DNA of 36,426 nucleotides from the UHGV virus genome UHGV-0192694, one strand, 5' to 3'. Positions 9,061 through 18,820 of the stretch are shown piece after piece. Position 1 is the first letter of the stretch. Each line of letters starts with the position of its first letter. The position numbers and the translations under genes are program-made. The notes below the pieces were generated by a model. That model made no database searches. It was not told where the DNA came from and saw only the letters and a list, made by a program, of their open reading frames with translations. This DNA comes from a virus.

Positions 9061-12000
9061 CTACGATACCTCCCATCTTGCTTTTGTTGTTCTGCTAAAT
9101 TAAGATTCATTGGGCTACCTAGCGCTCCCACTACTTGGCCAGTATCCATCACGACAGTTAAATGTCGTATTTCTTCTAAAATTTCTACCATTTTTCCCAT
9201 TGGCGTATTATCTATAGAGTGTTTTACCTCAATTGCATTTGAACGTTTCATCAAACGGCTACCCGTAATAGATTGATGAATACTTGAAATCATATCTTTT
9301 GCACTTTGTACGGCAACCGACGTATCTTCTCGAATACCTGCAGCTACACCTTGTGCAAGGAAAACACCAACATCATATTTCAATAGGCGTGATGGTGATT
9401 TAATTTTTGCTTTTTTCTGTGCTTCTGCATTAACGGCGGCTACTAAATTTTGCATAGCAGCCACTGCTTCTCCCTGACTTGCACGAATACCAGAAGCAAC
9501 ACCTCTAGCCATATTTGAACCTACAGGGCTCATATCTACAGAACCTGCACCCTGACTTACCGCATTTCCTAAAGACCTTCCAGCATTATTTGCAGGGGGT
9601 AACTGAGTTAAATATCCTTGAATTGTTGCCGCACCTAGCTGACTTCCAGAATTCTTCGCATTTCCTTTTTCAGAATTCGTTCCAGCATTTGTCTGTTGAG
9701 CATTGCTTTTACCAGCATTTTTATGTTCATTACTTTTACTTCTTGTTCCAGCAGCAGCTGCACTACTATTATCAGCGGCAGCTTTCTTAGAATTAGATTT
9801 TTGCGAAGATTGACCACTATTCATCGAAGACATCAATTCTTTACCAACATTATTAAGTTGTGTTTTACCAGAGTTTAATCCATCAATTAACTGGTTTTTT
9901 CCGTCTTGACCATTTCTAAATAAGTCAGGAGGCAACGCTTGTAAAGTATTCACAATGTCAGCTCTTGACATATTCGCCCACTTCGTTGGATCATTACTTT
10001 GTAATCCCTGAACTAGTCCGTTAGAGCCATCAATCCCTCGTTGACGTAGCATTCCTGCCAATAAAGCCATTTGTTGGTCAATGCTAGCACCATTATTTAC
10101 ATAAGATTGATAAATGCCTAAAAGCTGTTGGTCTGTAACGCCTTTAAGTTGTGCTAAATTATCAGCTGTCACTGCAATTTTATTTGTACCATTTTGTGAA
10201 ATAATCGCTAGAAGTTGAGCTCCTTGCTCTAATTCACTTTGTCGTATTTGAGCATTTTGCGTTTGTAATTGTGTAATTTGATTTTGGAAAGCTGCTTTTT
10301 CAGATTCCGTTTTTGCTTGGTTCTTTTGTGTTTCTAGTTGCTGAATTTGGGCGTTATTTTCTTGCACTTGTTGCGCTTGAATTTCCCCAAGCGTTCGCAA
10401 GCTTGTCAAAGTTTGTTCTTTTTCTTGCTCGCTTAATGCTTGTTTATTAGCCAACTTATTCATACCTACCTCAACAAATTGTTGGTTCTGTTGTAATAAT
10501 TGATCACGAATAATATTCGTTTGATTTTGCAAAGTAGCTCTTTGCTGTTCTGTCAATTCTTGACCCTCTACTGTTTTATTATTCTTCAATTGGTTAGAAT
10601 AATCAGTATATACCTTCAATAAATCACTATTATTCGTTTGAATAGCTTTCATATACTGGCTTGAAGCATTGGCAAAAATCTTTTGCTTCTCTGCTTCTGA
10701 TTTTCCTTCTGCCGCTTCAATTTGCTTGTTATAGGTTTCAACAGCCTTTTTCTGTTGTTCCTTTAAATTCGTAACTAAATCAAGTGTATTCTTGAAATAA
10801 GTTTCTACGCCAGCCGTACTACCATTTTGCTGTGAGAAAAGTTCAGTCATTGCCTGTTTAGCTTCATCAAGTTTTGAAGAATAATTTTCAACACTTGAAG
10901 AGGCTTCTTCCATATTTAACGAAATTGCTTTCGTAGTGTCTTTGGACTTTTCACCTAATTCTTCGGTGCTTTTAGCAGCTTTTTTTAAGGCAGAATCAGA
11001 AAACATTGTATCCCAATCTTTTTCTATATCAGATAAGCTTTTCTTCATATCTTTAAATGCTTTATCAGCACCTTTAGAATCGCCTTTTAATCGTTTCCAA
11101 AGTCCTTTTACACCGTTTGAAATTGCCATTATTGCATTTACTACCGTTTTTCCTACAGTAACGATAGCACGTAATCCATCTACAAAACCTGCTATTGCAA
11201 AAGTGACACCAACAATTGCGCCAGTACCTAACCATTTAAAGGTATTTCCTAATCCTTTTATTGTTTTAGTAACACTCGAGGAGCTAGGAAGTACACTTTT
11301 AAACGATTTTACTATTCCGCTAAAAGCAGTTTTCACGTAGCCTTGAATGTTCATAAAATTGGATTTCCAAGCTTGCACTACACCTACTATCGTAGCGGTT
11401 ATTGCTACTAAAATTGCTGTTATGGGATTGCTCAACATAGCTCCTGTTAAACTAGCTATAGATCGTATACCCGTTACCGCAAATGTTCTAAAACCTCCAC
11501 CTGCTTTTGAAGCAGCTACGCCAAGCCCTGATAAAACCGTTCCTGATTTGCCAGCTGCAGAGGATAGGTTTCTTAGCGACCCTACAGGATTAATAACAAC
11601 AGAGGCAAATTTCGCTAACTTACTGTTAGATAATTGTAAAGAAGCAGAAAAAGAACGAAAAAAGTTAGTAACTTTATTCCCTTCTCCTAGCATATTTAGC
11701 TGTCTTTGGCTTGCTCGTAAATTTGCTCTAAATGTATCTAACGTAGGAAAAAGACCTGAAATAGTCTCTCCTAACGTGGTAAATCTTGTTAGTACATTTA
11801 CGTTAACTCCCGCATTTTCAAGCCCAACCAGATTTGCTTTATATTTAGAAACAAACCCTTTTACAGCTTGTAATGCGCTATTAGAACCCCTAATAATAGG
11901 ATTATTGATAAATTTCTTCCACTTGCTGTCGATATTTCCCGCGGTTTCAAACATTGTTGAAATTGTTTTTCCAAAAATGCTTGTCATTTTTCCAAAGACT

Positions 12001-13535
12001 TTTAACACGGGACCAACTGAAGCTGCTAACGCAATCATTTTCATTATATATTCTTGAGTTTTAGGATTGGCCTCTGAAAAAGCTTTTGCCATCTTTCCTA
12101 AAGTTTCAACTAAAGGTTTAGAAGCCTGTAGTGCACTTCTTAATGCATCTACAAAAGGACCACCTAAATCTATTCCCATATTTACAAATTCATTTTTTAA
12201 CATTCCAAGTTTTGCTTCAGTTGTCTCGTAACGCTTACCAGCTTCATTTGCTAGAGCTGTATTTTCTTTAAAAGCTGAATTACCTCGTTTTACAGCACCT
12301 TCAAAGACATCACTTGCATTAGCCGCACGTAATAAACTATCACGTAATCTAACTTCTGTAATTCCCATATCATCTAGCACTTTAATAGCTGATATTCCGT
12401 GTTTTTCTGAGTCTTTTAAGCCCTGGATAAATTCAATTAATGCTTGAGATGGATTGCTTTTGAATAATTGTGCAAACTCTTCTCCAGTTCGACCTGTTAC
12501 ATTCGCGAAATCTTCCAGACTACCTGAAGCTTTACTGGCTTCTTTATACATTTTTTTTAATTCTGAGGTAGGCATTCCCATTTGCTTAGAAACTGCCGTC
12601 AGTTCTTTTCCACCCCAGTTTACAGCATGCACAAAAGATTCCCAAGACACGCCTTGCTCCGCTACTGCTTGTTTCAGCGGCGCAAAAGCTTCAACACCTG
12701 TTTCTGTTGCTAATTGCATTTGAACCATTAACCGAGAGAACGCTGAACCACCCGCTTCGGCCTCTATACCAACAGATGATAACGCCGCTGCAAAACCTAC
12801 AATATCTCCTTCAGTCATACCAATTTGTTTTCCTGCACCAGCTAAACGTAAGCCCATCTCTGTAATCTCTGATTCGGTAGTCGCTAAATTATTCCCTAAG
12901 TCAACAATCGCTGAACCAAGGTTGCTAAATTTATCTTGTGACATCCCTGTAATGTTAGCAAAACGAGCTAAGGAAGTAGCTGCTGAATCGGCTGACATGT
13001 TTGTTGATTCGCCCATATCGATCATAGTTTTGGTAAATCCTACAACTTTATCAGTTTGGATACCTAATTGCCCCGCCGCTTCCGCAACGTTTGCAATTTC
13101 TGTGTGACTTGCGGGCAATTCTTTTGCTAAATCTCTAAGGCCTTTTTCTAAATCATCATAAGAATAAATGACTTTACCGTTAGAATCGACCATCTCATCG
13201 TTGGTCTTTTTAACTCCAGTAAAGGCGCTTTCCCATTTTACCGCTGCGGTTGTTACTGCGCCAACGGCGCCCGCAATTGGAAGTGTGATACCTTTAGTCA
13301 TAGAATCGCCGACTTTTTCAATGCTTTGACCGATACTTGCGGTTTTATCACCAAAACTTTTCATCGCACCATTCACTGTATTCAAATTACTAGGAATATC
13401 AGAAGCGTTTGAGCTAAGTTTTTTTAGCGAAGATACAGCACCGTTCATCGCACTGGTAAAATTGTTATCACGTGCTGTAAGTATGGCTGTTACCGTTTTA
13501 CTTTGTGTCACGTTTTTTCCTCCTTTCCTCAACAA
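9057..13535 (-). CDS. tape measure protein
   Basis: 1492 aa, long helical/TM-rich central region, Q-rich coiled coils, position after G/GT chaperones. Confidence 0.9.
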   Translation of the reverse strand: MLRKGGKNVTQSKTVTAILTARDNNFTSAMNGAVSSLKKLSSNASDIPSNLNTVNGAMKSFGDKTASIGQSIEKVGDSMTKGITLPIAGAVGAVTTAAVKWESAFTGVKKTNDEMVDSNGKVIYSYDDLEKGLRDLAKELPASHTEIANVAEAAGQLGIQTDKVVGFTKTMIDMGESTNMSADSAATSLARFANITGMSQDKFSNLGSAIVDLGNNLATTESEITEMGLRLAGAGKQIGMTEGDIVGFAAALSSVGIEAEAGGSAFSRLMVQMQLATETGVEAFAPLKQAVAEQGVSWESFVHAVNWGGKELTAVSKQMGMPTSELKKMYKEASKASGSLEDFANVTGRTGEEFAQLFKSNPSQALIEFIQGLKDSEKHGISAIKVLDDMGITEVRLRDSLLRAANASDVFEGAVKRGNSAFKENTALANEAGKRYETTEAKLGMLKNEFVNMGIDLGGPFVDALRSALQASKPLVETLGKMAKAFSEANPKTQEYIMKMIALAASVGPVLKVFGKMTSIFGKTISTMFETAGNIDSKWKKFINNPIIRGSNSALQAVKGFVSKYKANLVGLENAGVNVNVLTRFTTLGETISGLFPTLDTFRANLRASQRQLNMLGEGNKVTNFFRSFSASLQLSNSKLAKFASVVINPVGSLRNLSSAAGKSGTVLSGLGVAASKAGGGFRTFAVTGIRSIASLTGAMLSNPITAILVAITATIVGVVQAWKSNFMNIQGYVKTAFSGIVKSFKSVLPSSSSVTKTIKGLGNTFKWLGTGAIVGVTFAIAGFVDGLRAIVTVGKTVVNAIMAISNGVKGLWKRLKGDSKGADKAFKDMKKSLSDIEKDWDTMFSDSALKKAAKSTEELGEKSKDTTKAISLNMEEASSSVENYSSKLDEAKQAMTELFSQQNGSTAGVETYFKNTLDLVTNLKEQQKKAVETYNKQIEAAEGKSEAEKQKIFANASSQYMKAIQTNNSDLLKVYTDYSNQLKNNKTVEGQELTEQQRATLQNQTNIIRDQLLQQNQQFVEVGMNKLANKQALSEQEKEQTLTSLRTLGEIQAQQVQENNAQIQQLETQKNQAKTESEKAAFQNQITQLQTQNAQIRQSELEQGAQLLAIISQNGTNKIAVTADNLAQLKGVTDQQLLGIYQSYVNNGASIDQQMALLAGMLRQRGIDGSNGLVQGLQSNDPTKWANMSRADIVNTLQALPPDLFRNGQDGKNQLIDGLNSGKTQLNNVGKELMSSMNSGQSSQKSNSKKAAADNSSAAAAGTRSKSNEHKNAGKSNAQQTNAGTNSEKGNAKNSGSQLGAATIQGYLTQLPPANNAGRSLGNAVSQGAGSVDMSPVGSNMARGVASGIRASQGEAVAAMQNLVAAVNAEAQKKAKIKSPSRLLKYDVGVFLAQGVAAGIREDTSVAVQSAKDMISSIHQSITGSRLMKRSNAIEVKHSIDNTPMGKMVEILEEIRHLTVVMDTGQVVGALGSPMNLNLAEQQKQDGRYRS

Positions 13536-13803
13536 TTTTTCTTGCTTGTTCTAATCGACGAGCGTTTTCTTCTAGCTCACTTAGCTTTTCCGCTTCTCGT
13601 TGCGAAATTTCACCTCGTACATCGCGTTCAAGCTTCTCAAAGTCATAGACATCTTTCACTTCGTTAAAAATATAGCGTTGTCCTTTTTCGTCTGGCGTTG
13701 TAAAAATACGTGTAGCTAACGCGTTAACGTATAGCTTCCTTTCTTCGTTAATTGCACGTAAATTTACAGCTTTTATCCGTAAATAAAATTCATAAGGAGT
13801 CAT
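13498..13803 (-). CDS. tail assembly chaperone GT C-terminal part (T segment)
   Basis: Its reading frame remains open upstream across the stop of 13872-14288 in the -1 frame, consistent with a programmed -1 frameshift G/GT pair. Confidence 0.5.
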   Translation of the reverse strand: MTPYEFYLRIKAVNLRAINEERKLYVNALATRIFTTPDEKGQRYIFNEVKDVYDFEKLERDVRGEISQREAEKLSELEENARRLEQARKIVEERRKKRDTK

Positions 13804-13871
13804 ACGCTCAATTTCTTTTAAAGTGATATTGGGGAAATGTTGAAAACAAGTGACAACTATTTCGTCATAAT

Positions 13872-14288
13872 CTAGGCTATCGTTTCTTGTTGATTGACTT
13901 GTATCTGTTCCATGTAAGCCATGATTTTTTTGATTGCTTCTAGTGCTTTTTTCGTCCGAAGAGCCGTTAACGGTGCTTGCTCCAAGAAAGAGATAAAATT
14001 TTCAAACAACGTTAAAGCCTCTTCTGACGTTTCTAAGTAGTCGTCAATTTCTTTCGTTGTTAAGTCATCATAAGTAATTAACGCTGCGTGCATTAATTTT
14101 TGAAAGGCAAAAGCATCGCCATCATGTAACCCTCCGATCAGTTGGACAAAGCCATCTACTTCTTCAACGTCAGGTTTCAATGCGTTAATTTCATTTAAAA
14201 ATTTAAAACCGAAAACCAAAGGATATTTTTTTCCGTTAATTGTTGCGATTGGTTTTACGTTTGTTGACATGTAAAATTCCTCCCCCAA
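13872..14288 (-). CDS. tail assembly chaperone G
   Basis: 138 aa acidic protein between tail genes and TMP. Confidence 0.6.
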   Translation of the reverse strand: MGEEFYMSTNVKPIATINGKKYPLVFGFKFLNEINALKPDVEEVDGFVQLIGGLHDGDAFAFQKLMHAALITYDDLTTKEIDDYLETSEEALTLFENFISFLEQAPLTALRTKKALEAIKKIMAYMEQIQVNQQETIA

Positions 14289-14317
14289 AAAAAGGAAGAC
14301 CTATACTAGATCTTCCT
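14286..14317 (-). terminator. intra-operon Rho-independent terminator/attenuator
   Basis: AGGAAGA/TCTTCCT stem + U7 on minus strand between Ig-like tail gene stop and chaperone-G RBS (GGGGGAGG). Confidence 0.5.
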
Positions 14318-14323
14318 AATTAT

Positions 14324-14905
14324 TTATTCGTTTTTCTGTAGTAATGATAAAAGTATTTCTTTTGTATCAGATGTTTTATATTCTATGTTTTTTTCATCTA
14401 ACTTGGCTTTCATTTCATTAGCCGTCATGCTCATAGAATATGCAGATTGTATAACAACATCAGAAGTTCCTAACTCTAAAGACTCGTCATATAAAACAAC
14501 CTTCACTCTGTCTGAAGCTTTAAGATCTTGTTTATAATATCGGAATTGTTTTTTAGAAGTTAATTCTTCTGATAATTTTACAGTTTGTTGCTTTTCATCA
14601 TTCACAATTAAAGCAATTTTTGTCGGTGATATTCCTTCATATTTTCCTGTAACGTAATTACTACCTATAGAGTAAACATCTGGAGTAATCAGGCCTGTTT
14701 TAAATGATGGAATCTCTATTTCTGCTGTTTCTTTTTCTTTACCGTTTATAGTATAAACACCAACTAAAATGTACTCGCCAGTTGCTATCGACGTATTTGA
14801 TAATATTTTAGAAATTCGTAGTGGTGAGTTTCCTTCGCTTACCAAAACTCTTCCCGCTTTTTTATAGATTCGAAACTTTTCAAAAAATCCGCTCATTTTA
14901 ATCAC
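14324..14905 (-). CDS. Ig-like (Big) domain tail protein
   Basis: N-terminal segment paralogous to 14945-15127 ORF (YKKAGRVLVSEGNSPL... vs YKGSEKVVEGASPL...). Confidence 0.45.
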   Translation of the reverse strand: MIKMSGFFEKFRIYKKAGRVLVSEGNSPLRISKILSNTSIATGEYILVGVYTINGKEKETAEIEIPSFKTGLITPDVYSIGSNYVTGKYEGISPTKIALIVNDEKQQTVKLSEELTSKKQFRYYKQDLKASDRVKVVLYDESLELGTSDVVIQSAYSMSMTANEMKAKLDEKNIEYKTSDTKEILLSLLQKNE

Positions 14906-14944
14906 CCCACTTCCACTCTATCTATCATATTCATAATAAGAATG

Positions 14945-15127
14945 TCATGATTGTACAGTAAAAGCAGGAATAGCTACTTTTTCAGATTCTTTTTCATCTT
15001 GCACACGTACAATATGATACGTTCCTGCTGCTACTTTTGCTCCTGCATCAAGCCCTGTAATAGTTAATGGACTTGCTCCTTCAACTACTTTTTCACTACC
15101 TTTGTAAATACGATAAGTAATTGCCAT
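14945..15127 (-). CDS. small Ig-like domain protein (tail decoration)
   Basis: 60 aa, own RBS GAAGGAGGAAG inside the end of the major tail protein gene. Confidence 0.4.
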   Translation of the reverse strand: MAITYRIYKGSEKVVEGASPLTITGLDAGAKVAAGTYHIVRVQDEKESEKVAIPAFTVQS

Positions 15128-15129
15128 GA

Positions 15130-15735
15130 TTATTCTTCCTCCTTCACTTTTACAACGGCGCCATCTGATGTCGGCGTTACACTTTCAACTTTAGGTACTT
15201 CAATTGTTTTTGGTGTGTATTTTTCTACAGGTTCTTCTGGTTCCGCACCAGCCACTGTGTCGTAGAAGAAAGCACGCGCAAGTTCTTCATTTTCGGCGTC
15301 AACCGTTGCCCAACCTTCTACTAGGTCACCATTTAAAACTAGAGTTGGTTTAATACTTGAATTAGAATCGGACTCGGCAGAATCTCCGAATGAATCCAAC
15401 AAGCCTGTGCCAAATTCCGCTTCGTATTTTCCTGTTTTTGGGTCTTTTTTATCAAAATTAATGCGCCATACATCAATTTCTAGCCCGTTACGATACGCAT
15501 ATTTCAACATGTTGTAAGTTTCTGTGCCTGTCCGTAAAAATTCCATTTCGATGGAAGCTGACGGCATTCCTGATGTAGGAACATTCCCGTCTTTTGTTGA
15601 TTGTGTATCTGTTTTTGTTTCTGACTTATATTCGTGTGAAATTTCTAAAGCTAATAACTTCGCTGCTGTTGTCGCACGTTCACGTGTTAGTCGAAACATT
15701 AACTTAATTTTTTTACCTTGAATTGCTTTTTCCAT
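15130..15735 (-). CDS. major tail protein
   Basis: 201 aa, phi13-family-like MTP position and size. Confidence 0.7.
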   Translation of the reverse strand: MEKAIQGKKIKLMFRLTRERATTAAKLLALEISHEYKSETKTDTQSTKDGNVPTSGMPSASIEMEFLRTGTETYNMLKYAYRNGLEIDVWRINFDKKDPKTGKYEAEFGTGLLDSFGDSAESDSNSSIKPTLVLNGDLVEGWATVDAENEELARAFFYDTVAGAEPEEPVEKYTPKTIEVPKVESVTPTSDGAVVKVKEEE

Positions 15736-15753
15736 TTCGAGTTTCCTTCTTTC

Positions 15754-16146
15754 TTATTCAAATTCTAACGTGATGTCAAGTACACCGTGTGCAAGGCTCG
15801 TACCAAAATTGGTTGTATTTTCATAAATTACTTCTGTGCTACTTTCTGTCACTAACCAATTAAAGTTCTTAGTCTGATGCAATTCATGAACGATTTTTCG
15901 CACATCGGCTAATACTTGATTTAATTCTCGACGTTTGTCGTCATGATCATAAACATGAATCATAATATTTGTTGAACCTAACGTTCTTGTTTTTGTTTGT
16001 CTATCCTTAGACCATTGTTCACCTAAGAAAACAAACGGGTAAGAAGCGTCGTCATCTGGCAAATGCCCATAGGTTTCATAGCCTGTTTGCTCCAAAGTGA
16101 CAAATAACGCTTCGTAAAGTTCTGAATACGGGTCTTTAAAGGTCAT
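15754..16146 (-). CDS. tail terminator / tail completion protein
   Basis: 130 aa, position directly upstream of MTP. Confidence 0.5.
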   Translation of the reverse strand: MTFKDPYSELYEALFVTLEQTGYETYGHLPDDDASYPFVFLGEQWSKDRQTKTRTLGSTNIMIHVYDHDDKRRELNQVLADVRKIVHELHQTKNFNWLVTESSTEVIYENTTNFGTSLAHGVLDITLEFE

Positions 16147-16481
16147 TTTACTAACGCCTCCATATTATCAAGAAATCTTTTAGCTGCTGCTGTATGCCCT
16201 TTTTTCATATAGAAACGTCCGTACATATAACGCGTTCCATATTCTACATATGCTGAATAGTCAGCCATCGCTTCAACTTCGCCAGTCATTCCGTCATCTT
16301 TAATAGAAGGTGTCTCACTTCGTTTTAAGTATCCACTTCTGACTGGTGTTTCTTCTGCAATTTGATTTGCCATATAAGCAGTATCATTTTTGACGACCTC
16401 TTTTACATCGTCTAGCTTTTTCGCTTCTTCAATCGCTTCGATTAAATCATCCAATCCTGAAATATCTACTCGGTAAGTCAT
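16143..16481 (-). CDS. HK97 gp10-family head-tail joining protein
   Basis: 112 aa; RSGYLKRS motif typical of gp10 family. Confidence 0.5.
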   Translation of the reverse strand: MTYRVDISGLDDLIEAIEEAKKLDDVKEVVKNDTAYMANQIAEETPVRSGYLKRSETPSIKDDGMTGEVEAMADYSAYVEYGTRYMYGRFYMKKGHTAAAKRFLDNMEALVK

Positions 16482-16753
16482 CGATATTCGCTTCCATAAA
16501 CCGAAGTTCCTTTGCTAACACGCAAATTTTTAACAACGGTAAATTTTCGATTTTTTTGTTCTTCTTCGTCGTAGTATTCAAGAAATCCTGAACGAATAGC
16601 TAGGCGGTCTCTAAAACGAAAAATGACCATCTGCTCCTTTATGTTAGGGAAAATGGTCATTTGTTTTTCCGTTCCGACTTCGGTTACATTACCTATCAGT
16701 TTTTCCGAAATTAGCTCGTGTTTTTTGTTGTAGTAATCAATACATGTTCTCAT
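16478..16753 (-). CDS. head closure / head-tail adaptor protein
   Basis: 91 aa, overlapping-stop arrangement in connector gene set. Confidence 0.45.
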   Translation of the reverse strand: MRTCIDYYNKKHELISEKLIGNVTEVGTEKQMTIFPNIKEQMVIFRFRDRLAIRSGFLEYYDEEEQKNRKFTVVKNLRVSKGTSVYGSEYR

Positions 16754-17082
16754 AAAAAGGACACCTTCCTTTTACGAATCAAGCCTTGTTCTTCAAGATA
16801 ATCGTTAATCTCATCTTGAAATTCCCCGAAGTCATCCAAATTATAAGAGATTGTTTCTTCTGATTGAGAGTGTTGTTCCATGCCTTCAAAACCTAAACGG
16901 TTATATCGTTTCACTACAATTGACGGAACAATATAGTCCAATTTTTCTGGTATTTTATCAGCTTTCAATTTTACTCGCAGCTGTTTTTCAGTAATGTCCC
17001 AGATTTTGATAATTTTTGCCTTATCTTTTTCGTAGGTATCCTCTGAAATATCCAGTAGTACGCGATAATCTGAAAGAGTCAT
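16750..17082 (-). CDS. gp6-like head-tail connector protein
   Basis: 110 aa; YNRLGFEGMEQHSQSEETISY resembles the conserved C-terminal motif of this family. Confidence 0.5.
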   Translation of the reverse strand: MTLSDYRVLLDISEDTYEKDKAKIIKIWDITEKQLRVKLKADKIPEKLDYIVPSIVVKRYNRLGFEGMEQHSQSEETISYNLDDFGEFQDEINDYLEEQGLIRKRKVSFL

Positions 17083-17152
17083 TTTTTCACCTACTCTGCT
17101 TCAACAACTGCCCCATCTGCCGTTGGTGTTACCTTTTTAACGGTCGGGGCGC

Positions 17153-18049
17153 TTACTTTGAATCGTAAGAAACGTAAATGGCAGGACGAGCTTTTTCAGT
17201 TACGATAGCATCATAATAGTTTAATCCTTTGATGGTATCTCTGTAGCCGTCACGGTCTTGTGAAGCTGGAATTAGATCAATAGAGTTGTATTTTTCAACT
17301 GGCGAACAAACCATCAAAGGCACAAGAATATAGTTAATTTTCTTCGTAGAATCTACCTGTAAACGAGATTTTGCAACTTTTTGAATAATAGTATCGGAAC
17401 CGTCTAACTGCGCAACTTTACGGTTAATACCTGAAATTTGTTGCTCGTTCGTAGTAAATGTTTTTGAAACACCTTTTGCATTTTTTAATGCTGAATAGTA
17501 GTCAGTGGATGCAAACATAATAAACGGACCGACAATTTCTGTATCTGTCATATACGCTTCTGCTGCGTCATAAGAAGCTAAAGAGTTTTCTGTAGTAATG
17601 GTTTCTTTTACCGTTTTTCCAACGTATTTTCCTTCGCTATCATCATCCGCAGCCTCAGCAAATGCCGCTTCTAATAAGCGTTGTACAGCAGTTCGATCTT
17701 TTTCAGGAATCGCAATTAAACGAGTATGCTCTTCCACAAGCGCTTGAACTTCGTAGGAAGCATTTTCTGATTGATCTAATGTGTCTAAGTCATAACCAAA
17801 CCAACGCTCTTTCTCTAATTTGAACGTTTCTTTTGCCACATCAATTTTAGAACGTTTATTGTCTTCGTTACGTTTATAATCACTAGCAGTAAAACCTTTC
17901 ATTTTGTTGATGCGGACTTCTTTTGCGCCTACAAAATCCGCTTCAGTTACTGCAGCAGCTCCACCTTTCAATAAATCCCAAACTTGCGAACCTGCGGCAA
18001 ATTCTTTGTCAATTGCTTTTAAATCTTTGCTATCTAAAATAACTGGCAT
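17153..18049 (-). CDS. major capsid protein
   Basis: 298 aa between scaffold and connector genes. Confidence 0.65.
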   Translation of the reverse strand: MPVILDSKDLKAIDKEFAAGSQVWDLLKGGAAAVTEADFVGAKEVRINKMKGFTASDYKRNEDNKRSKIDVAKETFKLEKERWFGYDLDTLDQSENASYEVQALVEEHTRLIAIPEKDRTAVQRLLEAAFAEAADDDSEGKYVGKTVKETITTENSLASYDAAEAYMTDTEIVGPFIMFASTDYYSALKNAKGVSKTFTTNEQQISGINRKVAQLDGSDTIIQKVAKSRLQVDSTKKINYILVPLMVCSPVEKYNSIDLIPASQDRDGYRDTIKGLNYYDAIVTEKARPAIYVSYDSK

Positions 18050-18062
18050 AATTTTTCATCTC

Positions 18063-18716
18063 CTATTTCTTTTCTAAATTTTTAGTCAAATTGCTGCGCC
18101 AATCGGTCTCTTTTGTTGCTGTAGCAACGTTTACAGTTTGACCTTTCAGCAATTCTTTTTGGATACCATCTCTAGCTTTTGAAATAATTTGTTTTAATTC
18201 GTCTACAGCTTTCTTTGTATCCTCGTCTGTATCTTTCACAAGCAATAAATCGGCTTGCGCAGCACTTACGTAGTCGGAAAGGCCATTCTCGGATAAATCA
18301 TTACGAACAGATTCGGCACGCGTTAAACGGTCAAGACGAGCTTGGGCTTCCTTTTCTCGTTTTTCCGCTAGTGCTTCTTTGTCAGCGGCTTCTTGTTCTT
18401 TCGCCTTAACACGTTCTTCCGCAGTCATTTGCTCGTAAGATTTTTGCTTTTCCCAATCAGATTTTGCTTGCTCCACTGCTTTCTTAGTTTCTGCTGCAAT
18501 CATTTTTGATACATCTTCACGGGTAAAAGTCTTTCCAGTTTCTTTTCCGTCTGGATTTTCATTTTTGGGATTTTGAGAATCCTTTGTAGATGAATTCCCA
18601 GATTCGTTTGAATTGTCAGAGTTTGGCTCATCAGAATTTGGCTCATCTGCAAAAAATTGTAAATCCATTGGTAATAATAAGTGTTTTTCTTCGTTCATGT
18701 TAAAACCTCCAGCCAT
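18063..18716 (-). CDS. scaffolding protein
   Basis: Acidic, coiled-coil rich; contains tandem 15-bp repeat encoding DEPNS-DEPNS. Confidence 0.7.
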   Translation of the reverse strand: MAGGFNMNEEKHLLLPMDLQFFADEPNSDEPNSDNSNESGNSSTKDSQNPKNENPDGKETGKTFTREDVSKMIAAETKKAVEQAKSDWEKQKSYEQMTAEERVKAKEQEAADKEALAEKREKEAQARLDRLTRAESVRNDLSENGLSDYVSAAQADLLLVKDTDEDTKKAVDELKQIISKARDGIQKELLKGQTVNVATATKETDWRSNLTKNLEKK

Positions 18717-18820
18717 TACGTGGCTAATCGAAATTAATAGGTTACGCCTATCAATCGAAACAGCTTTCTCTTTAACGCCTGTAAGCAGTAAGAAGGCAAA
18801 TAAAAAAAGCCTAACTTTCG

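Noticed and set aside
10936-13107. Several plus-strand ORFs (134, 236, 89, 61 aa) inside the tape-measure gene
   Set aside because: Antisense to a 1492-aa well-supported gene; typical shadow ORFs.
14945-15127. Programmed frameshift extension of the major tail protein into the Ig-like ORF
   Set aside because: The 60-aa ORF has its own ATG and an RBS (GAAGGAGG) and is separated by a stop in all frames near the junction. Treated as a separate small gene.
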